IMG/VR virus record: IMGVR_UViG_3300005764_000035
Location: 1 to 41,525 of that record
DNA from: a virus
Lineage: Duplodnaviria; Caudoviricetes
Length of the DNA stretch: 41,525 bases
Strand: one strand, 5' to 3'
Position 1 is the first letter of the stretch. Each line of letters opens with the position of its first letter. Positions 35,500-41,525 of this stretch are shown here, in pieces. Both the position numbers and the translations under genes were made by a program. The notes below the pieces were generated by a model. The model made no database searches, was not told the origin of the DNA, and saw only the letters and a list, made by a program, of their open reading frames with translations.

Positions 35500-35836
35500 G
35501 GTCGTGAACCATCCCTCGGCGTGGGGTCAGCGCCGGTTGCGGGTCCTGGTGGACGAGCTGTTCTCCGGTTCCGACACCGACGCCCGCGACGCCTTCCGGC
35601 AGGCCATCACCGCCCTGCTCACCCGCGACCGCTACTCGGGGACCATGACCGAGGAGTCCGACGATCTCGACGATGCCGAGCAGATGGGGTTCAACGCCAT
35701 GTTGAACAACATCGAACACGGCCTCACGTTGATCCGTCGTCTGCCGTCGGGGTCGGTGGAGATCCGGGACCGGGGCTGGTGCCACAAGGTGTCGTTCCAT
35801 CCGTTGCGCATCACGTCGCTGCGGGAGGCGGGATGA
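35492..35836 (+). CDS. Stand-alone paralog of the RecT-like protein C-terminal domain
   Basis: Colinear similarity to the last ~105 aa of 36971..37990 (RDAFR, LTR.R..G, GF..ML..I..G..LI.RL.SG.VEIR..GWC..V.F.PL..T..REAG). Confidence 0.8.
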   Translation: MGEVVNHPSAWGQRRLRVLVDELFSGSDTDARDAFRQAITALLTRDRYSGTMTEESDDLDDAEQMGFNAMLNNIEHGLTLIRRLPSGSVEIRDRGWCHKVSFHPLRITSLREAG

Positions 35837-36162
35837 CGCGGGCCACGATGGAGAAGGGCAAGCGGGCCGAGCGCGAGGTGGAACGCCTGGTGCGCGAGCA
35901 GACGGGGTGGACGGTGCGACGGCGGCTGGCGGGACGGGTCGACGACGTGGGCGACCTGGAGGGCGTGCCCGACACCTGCGTGCAGATCAAGGCCTACCAG
36001 GACATCGCTCGCGCCATCCGGGAGGGACTCGCCGACCTACCGGCCCAGACGGCGGAGGCGGGGGCGCGCTACGGGGTGCTGTTCGTGAAGCGGCGCGGCC
36101 CCCATTACGCGGTGGTGATGGAACCGGAAACGTTTTTCGACTTGCTACGGGAGGCGACATGA
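35833..36162 (+). CDS. Holliday junction resolvase (PD-(D/E)xK, Hjc-like)
   Basis: KGKRAEREV...DVGDL...VQIK...VLFVKRRG pattern. Confidence 0.8.
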   Translation: MTRATMEKGKRAEREVERLVREQTGWTVRRRLAGRVDDVGDLEGVPDTCVQIKAYQDIARAIREGLADLPAQTAEAGARYGVLFVKRRGPHYAVVMEPETFFDLLREAT

Positions 36163-36974
36163 AAGGGACAGGCCAGTGGCGTCGCGTCAACCGGGGTAAG
36201 GGCCACTCCTACTACAACCCCGACGGGGAACTGATCCCGGGGGTTACGACGCTGCTGAAGGGCTACCCGAAACCGGCGCTGGTGGACTGGGCGGCCCGCA
36301 CGGTGGCGGAGTGGGCGGGCGACAACAAGGACGATCTCGCCGACCTGAAACCGTCGGAGGTGACCAAGCGGGCGTTGGAGGCGTTCCGGGGGGACCGCAC
36401 CGGGGCGATGTCGCGGGGCAAGACCATCCACGAGCTGGCCGAGCATCTGATGAAAGGCGAGGAGGTGGAGGTCCCCTACAGCGAGGAACGCAACGTCGAC
36501 ATGTTCCTGCGGTGGGTGGACGACTTCCATGTCCAACCGGTGGGGAGCGAGATCGTGATCGTGAACACCGGCTGGGGTTATTGCGGGACCGCTGATCTTC
36601 TCTGCTACGTGGGCGACGACCTGGCGCTGGTGGATTACAAGACGGGCCGCACCGGGATCTGGCCGGAAACGGCGTTGCAGCTCGCCGCTTATGCGTGGGC
36701 GGAGTCGTATGTGGATCCGGTGACGGGGGATTTGCGGCCCATGCCGCTCGCCCCCCAGGAGCCTGTCAGTGAGGCGAAACCGGAGGGCACCGCCCGTCTC
36801 GACGTGGTCGCCGCCCTGTGGTTGCAGGACGACAAGTACGAACTGGTGCCGGTGGACGCGGGGAAGAACACGTGGCAGACGTTCCTGTATGTAGCGCAGG
36901 TGTCGAAGTTCCTGGACACACCTCGGGACGAGATCGTGTTGGCGGCGTTGGCGCCGAAGGTGGCGGCGTCGTGA
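36159..36974 (+). CDS. PD-(D/E)xK exonuclease (RecE/Cas4-like)
   Basis: PGVTTLL..YPKPALVDWA, RGKTIHELAE, E...YCGTADL, LVDYKTG, LQLAAYA. Confidence 0.88.
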   Translation: MKGTGQWRRVNRGKGHSYYNPDGELIPGVTTLLKGYPKPALVDWAARTVAEWAGDNKDDLADLKPSEVTKRALEAFRGDRTGAMSRGKTIHELAEHLMKGEEVEVPYSEERNVDMFLRWVDDFHVQPVGSEIVIVNTGWGYCGTADLLCYVGDDLALVDYKTGRTGIWPETALQLAAYAWAESYVDPVTGDLRPMPLAPQEPVSEAKPEGTARLDVVAALWLQDDKYELVPVDAGKNTWQTFLYVAQVSKFLDTPRDEIVLAALAPKVAAS

Positions 36975-37990
36975 CCGCGGTGGAGACGTTCACGGGCGGG
37001 AACGGGCGCAGCCCCTTGCAGTTCACGGTCCCGGAGCTGATCGAACTGGCGGACCGGTTGGCGACGGTGGAGGGGTTCGTCCCGAAGGTGTTGTTGAACC
37101 GTCCTCCGGCGGTGTTGGCCACCCTGTTGGCGGGCAACGAGTTGGGGTTGGCGCCGGTGTCGTCGTTGCGGGCCATCCACGTGATCGAGGGGAGGGTGAC
37201 GTTGTCGGCGTCGGTGGCGCAGGCCTTGGTGTACGCGGCCGGTCACCGCCTGGACGTCACCATGTATGAGGACGCCGAGGTGGCGGTGCGGGGCCGAAGG
37301 CGGGATGAAACGAACTGGACGACGATTTCGTGGACGTGGGGGCGGGCGCAGCGAGCGAAGTTGACGGGAAAGCAGGTGTGGAACCAGTACCCGCGCCAGA
37401 TGTTGAGCGCGAGGGCGCATACCGAGCTGTGCCGCTTGAAGTTCTCCGATGTGCTGTTCGGCCTGGAGATCGCCCCTGATCTGGAGGACGCCCTTGTTGT
37501 CGAGGGGGACACTCCGGTCGGGGAGCAACCGAGGACGTCGAAGCGGCGGGCGAACGTGAAAGCGCCGGAGATCGCGCCCTCGGCACCTGCGGATGAACCG
37601 CAGGCTCCGCTCATCGTGGAGTCCGTTGCCGAGGGCGCCCCTACGCCGGAACCGGTGCCGGAGTCGCGGCAGTTGCCGCCGTGGCAGCGCAAGCTGCACG
37701 CCCGGGTGAGCGAAGTGTTCGCCGAAGTGGACGCGGATGTGCGGGACGCTTTCCGGCACGCCATGGTCGCGGTCCTCACTCGGGGGCGGGACACGGGTTC
37801 GGTGGAGTCGTCGTCGGAGTTGACGGAACCGGAGCGGCAGGGGTTCGACACCATGCTGGACAGCATCCAGACGGGGGAGTGTCTGATCGCTCGGTTGGAG
37901 TCGGGGACGGTGGAGATCCGCAAGAGCGGCTGGTGTTACCGGGTCGCGTTCGACCCGTTGGCGGTGACCACCATCCGCGAAGCGGGTTGA
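36971..37990 (+). CDS. RecT-like ssDNA annealing protein
   Basis: GNELGLAPVSSLRAIHVIEGR, AQRAKL, WNQYPRQMLSARA...F.DVLFGL; coupled to the exonuclease by a GTGA overlap. Confidence 0.82.
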   Translation: MTAVETFTGGNGRSPLQFTVPELIELADRLATVEGFVPKVLLNRPPAVLATLLAGNELGLAPVSSLRAIHVIEGRVTLSASVAQALVYAAGHRLDVTMYEDAEVAVRGRRRDETNWTTISWTWGRAQRAKLTGKQVWNQYPRQMLSARAHTELCRLKFSDVLFGLEIAPDLEDALVVEGDTPVGEQPRTSKRRANVKAPEIAPSAPADEPQAPLIVESVAEGAPTPEPVPESRQLPPWQRKLHARVSEVFAEVDADVRDAFRHAMVAVLTRGRDTGSVESSSELTEPERQGFDTMLDSIQTGECLIARLESGTVEIRKSGWCYRVAFDPLAVTTIREAG

Positions 37991-38202
37991 ACGGCACTCG
38001 TCGATGGCCGTGGGAAGTGTTGCGGTGCGGACGTCCTGTTCGGCGTTCACCTGACGGTCGCCGGTACTACGTGGACCAGTGGGGGCACTGGATTTACGAG
38101 TACGCGGACACGGAGTTGTGTGAGGAGGCATGGGACCGCTGGCAGCGGGCGAAGCAGAGGTCTCGATCGAAGCGAGAAAGGAAGGGAGAACATGGGCGAT
38201 GA
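37987..38202 (+). CDS. Hypothetical protein
   Basis: TTGA overlap; MNGTRRWPWEVLRCG... Confidence 0.5.
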   Translation: MNGTRRWPWEVLRCGRPVRRSPDGRRYYVDQWGHWIYEYADTELCEEAWDRWQRAKQRSRSKRERKGEHGR

Positions 38203-39364
38203 TCCATGGGAGGAGGCGGCTGACCGTCTCCCGGATGAGGAAGTAGCGGAGGGTTACGGGAAGTTCGGACCGAAGGTCACCCGCTATTCGCAGATCAAGC
38301 GCAAGCAGATTTACTGGCAGTGGCCGGGACGGTTGCCGACCGGGAAGCTGGTCCTGTTGGACGGTGACCCTGACGTGGGGAAGTCGACGTTGATGATCGA
38401 CTTGTTGGCCCGGTTCACGACGGGGTCGCCGATGCCTGACGGGTATTTGCCGCCGCATCCGATCAACGTGTTGTTCATGCGGGGTGAGGATGGTGCGGCG
38501 GACACGGTGTTGCCGCGGTTGTTGGCTGCCGGGGGTGACCCCGATCGGTTCCTGGAAGTGGAGGCGATGCCGGATTTGGATCGGAAGGGGAAGCCGTCGT
38601 ATCGGCCTCCGGTGTTGCCGATGGACGTGGGGATGTTGAAGGACATCATCCGCATGGAGAACATCGACTTGTTGTTGATTGATCCGTTGATGGCGTTCCT
38701 GGATGACGGGATTGACGCTCACAAGGACCAGAAGGTGCGGCGGGCGTTGTCTCCCATGAGCGAGCTTGCCCAGACCACGCACACGACGATCCTCGCGATC
38801 CGCCACTTGAACAAGACCATCGGGGCTCCGACGTTGTACCGGGGTGGCGGTTCGATCGGTCTGTTGGCGGCAGCTCGGCTGGTGATGGTCGCGGCCCACG
38901 ATCCCGATAACGAGAACCGCCGGTTGTTGGCGGTCTACAAGTCGAATCTGGCGCCGAAGCCGGAGACGTTGGCGTACCGGATCATGCCGAACAACTTGTA
39001 CGAGTGTGGCGAAGTCATGTGGGAGGGCGCGAGCCCTCGGAGCGGGGCGGACTTGCTGCATCTCGGCGACATCGACGACGACGAGCGGACCGCGATCAAC
39101 GAGGCGGTGCACTTCTTGTTCGAGATGGTGACGGAACGGACTCCTGCGACCCAAGTGCAGACGTGGGCGCGGCAGGCGGGGATCTCCGAGCATCGGCTGG
39201 CGGCGGCACGTCCGTTGGCGGCGTACACGATCGAGAAGGAGCCGGGGAAGAAAAACGGGCGTCTGTTCTGGTGTCCGCCGAGGCCGGATGCTCCGGTCAT
39301 CGAGGGACCGGACGGCGGCTATGGGCAGCAGATCCTTCCCCACCGCAAAGACATCGACGAATGA
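38192..39364 (+). CDS. RepA-like AAA helicase (AAA_25/SF4-type)
   Basis: WQWPGRLP.GKLVLLDGDPDVGKST Walker A, GED, LLLIDP Walker B, IRHLNK, GSIG...AAR, KSNL; SD GAAGGGAG. Confidence 0.88.
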   Translation: MGDDPWEEAADRLPDEEVAEGYGKFGPKVTRYSQIKRKQIYWQWPGRLPTGKLVLLDGDPDVGKSTLMIDLLARFTTGSPMPDGYLPPHPINVLFMRGEDGAADTVLPRLLAAGGDPDRFLEVEAMPDLDRKGKPSYRPPVLPMDVGMLKDIIRMENIDLLLIDPLMAFLDDGIDAHKDQKVRRALSPMSELAQTTHTTILAIRHLNKTIGAPTLYRGGGSIGLLAAARLVMVAAHDPDNENRRLLAVYKSNLAPKPETLAYRIMPNNLYECGEVMWEGASPRSGADLLHLGDIDDDERTAINEAVHFLFEMVTERTPATQVQTWARQAGISEHRLAAARPLAAYTIEKEPGKKNGRLFWCPPRPDAPVIEGPDGGYGQQILPHRKDIDE

Positions 39365-39473
39365 AATACATCGAAAGTTCTGTGACCGGACGCATTTTGG
39401 AAAGAAGCCCTGGTCATCTGACCTGCTGTTCTCTCCCAAATCGCCTCGGTAACAGAACTTTCATGTCATTTCA
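39362..39473. repeat. Long imperfect palindrome, candidate replication origin
   Basis: Left arm TGAAATACATCGAAAGTTCTGTGACCG versus reverse complement of right arm TGAAATGACATGAAAGTTCTGTTACCG; inner TTTGGAAAGAA/TTCTCTCCCAAA and GGTCA/TGACC; AT-rich. Confidence 0.7.
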
Positions 39474-39485
39474 GACTGGAGAATC

Positions 39486-39656
39486 ATGAAGGTGCGGATG
39501 GTGTCACCCGGTTATGGCTGGTGTGACCAGTGCTTGTTGTGGTGGCCCGTGACCGCGCAGGAGTGGTGGCGGGGCGTGTTCTGCCCAGAGTGTGGCGAGC
39601 GGTTGACGGAGAAGTCACGGTTCCGCTCGTTTCTCGACATCAGGGAGGCAGAGTGA
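39486..39656 (+). CDS. Small zinc-ribbon protein
   Basis: MKVRMVSPGYGWCDQC...FCPECG; SD GGAG. Not in the ORF track. Confidence 0.65.
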   Translation: MKVRMVSPGYGWCDQCLLWWPVTAQEWWRGVFCPECGERLTEKSRFRSFLDIREAE

Positions 39657-39853
39657 CCTGTGACGATTGTGAGCGGCCGTTCGATGTTCACGCTGACGGG
39701 GCGTGGCCCGCGGTGAAGGGCTACGTGGTGAACCGGGCGGCGGGTGGCCCGAACGCGGTGCGGTGCATCGAGTACACGGGCGGGGGGATCTGCCCTGATT
39801 GCGGAAAGCTCCGAGACCTCGGGGTGCTGCCCGGTCAAGAGGCGATGTTCTAA
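39653..39853 (+). CDS. Small zinc-finger protein
   Basis: CDDC...CPDC; GTGA overlap; SD GGAGG. Confidence 0.7.
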   Translation: MTCDDCERPFDVHADGAWPAVKGYVVNRAAGGPNAVRCIEYTGGGICPDCGKLRDLGVLPGQEAMF

Positions 39854-40151
39854 ACAGTGCTGGACAGTCGGCCGATGAGCGGTGTTAGGGTGCGAATACC
39901 GAGGTGTTGCTTGGCTGCAACCTTGGACACGATGGTGGGGGAGATCCCCGAGACCGTGAGGCTCGGGATGGTTCATTACCATTCTCCGGTCTCCTCCACC
40001 GCACTCGCTCCTGGGGTGACCTTGTGCGTGGGTGCGGTTGTCGGTACCGTGGGTGTGTGGAGAGGCACGTCGCAGAGTCGAAGCCCACTTGGGTGTGTAG
40101 GTCATGGGCCTCTACCTCTCCTTACGGGTGACGAGTCAAGGAGATACACCC

Positions 40152-40472
40152 ATGGCAATGGACAATGGAAGCAAGCGGCCGGTGTACGAGGCCATCAAGG
40201 TCGCCGAGCTGCCCGAGGATGTGCGTCAGCCTCGGAAGGGGCCTCGGACCGATCCGAAGTTGCGTCACGCGCTGGACACGGCGAAGGCCGAGCCCGGGGC
40301 CTGGTTCTGCATCGGCCAGTATGTGGCGGAGAACGGGGCCAAGACGAAGGAGAAGGCGATCGCTGCCAAGAAGATCAAGCTCCCCGATGGTCGGTGGGAG
40401 ATGACGACGCGGGTGGTGGAGCGTCCCGATGGCAGCCGGGGGTCGAACTTGTACGCGAAGTTCGTTGGTTGA
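40152..40472 (+). CDS. Hypothetical protein (basic, possibly DNA-binding)
   Basis: SD AAGGAG; MAMDNGSKRPVYEAIKVAELP... Confidence 0.75.
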   Translation: MAMDNGSKRPVYEAIKVAELPEDVRQPRKGPRTDPKLRHALDTAKAEPGAWFCIGQYVAENGAKTKEKAIAAKKIKLPDGRWEMTTRVVERPDGSRGSNLYAKFVG

Positions 40473-40512
40473 CACCCGCGAGGTCGGGTAGAGATTCGGC
40501 ACCCATCCGCGT

Positions 40513-40546
40513 GCGACCCCCTGCTCCCCTTCCTGCGGGGGGTCGT
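40513..40546 (+). terminator. GC-rich hairpin, possible terminator (no U-tract)
   Basis: GCGACCCCCTGC...GCGGGGGGTCGT in the intergenic gap. Confidence 0.35.
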
Positions 40547-40551
40547 GTCGC

Positions 40552-40752
40552 GTGGAGGTGACGGTGGTGTACGAGTTCCAGATCGTGGCGGGGCCGGGGC
40601 CGTCGATGCGGTCATTGGTGGACAAGGCGTTGGTGGAGGCGGAGTCGTTCTTCGGGTCGCGGGATCTGGATCTGACGGTGGTGGTGGAGGGGCAGCAGGG
40701 CAGGTTGGGGGTGCGGGCGACGGCTACGAGTGTGGGTTCGTGGCCCTCGTGA
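40552..40752 (+). CDS. Hypothetical protein
   Basis: Stop overlaps the next start (GTGA). Confidence 0.55.
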   Translation: MEVTVVYEFQIVAGPGPSMRSLVDKALVEAESFFGSRDLDLTVVVEGQQGRLGVRATATSVGSWPS

Positions 40753-41261
40753 GACTGGCGTACGCGGACCCGCCCTATCTGGGGTGCTGCGACAAGTACA
40801 GCCATTACCACCCTGACGGCCGTTGCTGGGATGACGTCGAGACCCACAAGGTGCTATTGGCGCGACTGGCGTCCGAGTACGACGGGTGGGCGTACAGCCT
40901 CAGCTCGCAGTCTCTGGATCCGTTGGTCTCGTTGGCGCCGTCGGGGATACGGGTGGCGGCGTGGGTGAAACCGTTTGCCGCGTTCAAGGCGAACGTGCGG
41001 ATCGCCTACACATGGGAGCCGGTGTTCTTCGTCCCTGCCCGGGGTTCGTCGTCGGACGGTGCGCCGGTGGGTCGGGATCATCTGGCGGAGCCGATCGCGT
41101 TGCGGAAGGGATTGACGGGGGCCAAGCCGGACCGGTTCTGTCGGTGGGTGCTGGATCTGTTGGGCTACTGCCAGGGCGACGAGGTCGACGATCTGTTCCC
41201 TGGTACGGGGGTCATGGGTCGTGTGGTTGCTCAGGGTGTGTTGCCGTGGCCCTCCACCTAG
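40749..41261 (+). CDS. Small DNA amino-methyltransferase (N6A/N4C)
   Basis: N-terminal YADPPY catalytic motif and C-terminal DLFPGTG SAM-binding motif (beta-class order). Confidence 0.8.
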   Translation: MRLAYADPPYLGCCDKYSHYHPDGRCWDDVETHKVLLARLASEYDGWAYSLSSQSLDPLVSLAPSGIRVAAWVKPFAAFKANVRIAYTWEPVFFVPARGSSSDGAPVGRDHLAEPIALRKGLTGAKPDRFCRWVLDLLGYCQGDEVDDLFPGTGVMGRVVAQGVLPWPST

Positions 41262-41525
41262 CCGTCTACGACGAGCTGCGGGAGGTGATCGTCCACCGGG
41301 CGGAGTGCGAGGTGTGGACGAACACGGAGGCGGTGTTCCAGGTGTCGCCTGTGGTGCGGGTGGACGAGGGCTGGCGGGTGGTGCGCTGTTCGGTGTGTGA
41401 CCCGGAGTTCGGGGTGGTGACGTCGCGGCGGTGGTTCGTGTTGGATCGGGCCGATGAGATGGTGGCCAGCTTTCAGGCTCGGGAGTCGTTGAAGCGACGG
41501 ATGCGCCTGGCGGACGTGGATGTGC
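41246..41525 (+). CDS. Hypothetical protein, truncated at window edge
   Basis: Open frame from GTG 41246 (MALHLAVYDELREVIVHRAEC...CSVCDP...) to the end of the window. Confidence 0.55.
   Translation, partial: MALHLAVYDELREVIVHRAECEVWTNTEAVFQVSPVVRVDEGWRVVRCSVCDPEFGVVTSRRWFVLDRADEMVASFQARESLKRRMRLADVDV

Larger units (their letters stand above)
1..41525. mobile_element. Temperate podovirus-like tailed phage genome (partial, no host flanks visible)
   Basis: Contains TerL, portal, major capsid, adaptor/nozzle, ejection-like proteins, lysin, integrase, repressor/xis, and recombination and helicase genes. No tape measure, tail tube or sheath gene was recognised. Confidence 0.92.

Noticed and set aside
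36159-36974. Cas4-like nuclease as part of a CRISPR system
   Set aside because: No array or other cas genes; it is paired with a RecT-like gene as a recombination exonuclease.
36689-39439. 916-aa minus-strand ORF
   Set aside because: Antisense shadow of the RecT-like and helicase genes; Arg/Pro-rich with no motifs.
39361-39489. 42-aa ORF MKYIESSVTGR... bridging the helicase and the next gene
   Set aside because: It coincides with the long palindrome and has atypical composition. Translation for coupling cannot be excluded, but a protein function is unsupported.
1-41525. tRNA genes, terminal repeats or circular closure
   Set aside because: No cloverleaf recognised by eye; the two window ends neither join in frame nor share a repeat.

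Overview
The whole window is phage DNA with no host genes. It looks like most of a high-GC, temperate, podovirus-type (short-tailed) Caudoviricetes genome. The host is probably an actinobacterium, inferred from GC content, the amidase lysin and the recombination genes. Minus strand, ~28.7 kb down to 1, is the late operon: HTH protein, small membrane proteins, terminase large subunit, FmdB-like Zn ribbon, portal, a fibre/adaptor/SGNH block, HNH endonuclease, small basic and acidic proteins, scaffold, major capsid, cement protein, nozzle and adaptor, three probable DNA-ejection proteins, and a lysis cassette. Plus strand 29.1-31.5 kb is an array of short accessory genes. Four of its junctions carry a ~55-nt hairpin whose geometry is conserved while its sequence covaries; this is the most striking unexplained signal. 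A tyrosine integrase converges on the array and has a candidate attP upstream. After it come a Dam-type methylase, an XRE repressor/excisionase switch, a Holliday junction resolvase, a PD-(D/E)xK exonuclease, a RecT-like protein (plus a free-standing paralog of its C-terminal domain), an AAA helicase followed by a 112-nt palindrome, and a second methylase. All product calls come from reading motifs by eye; no database searches were run.
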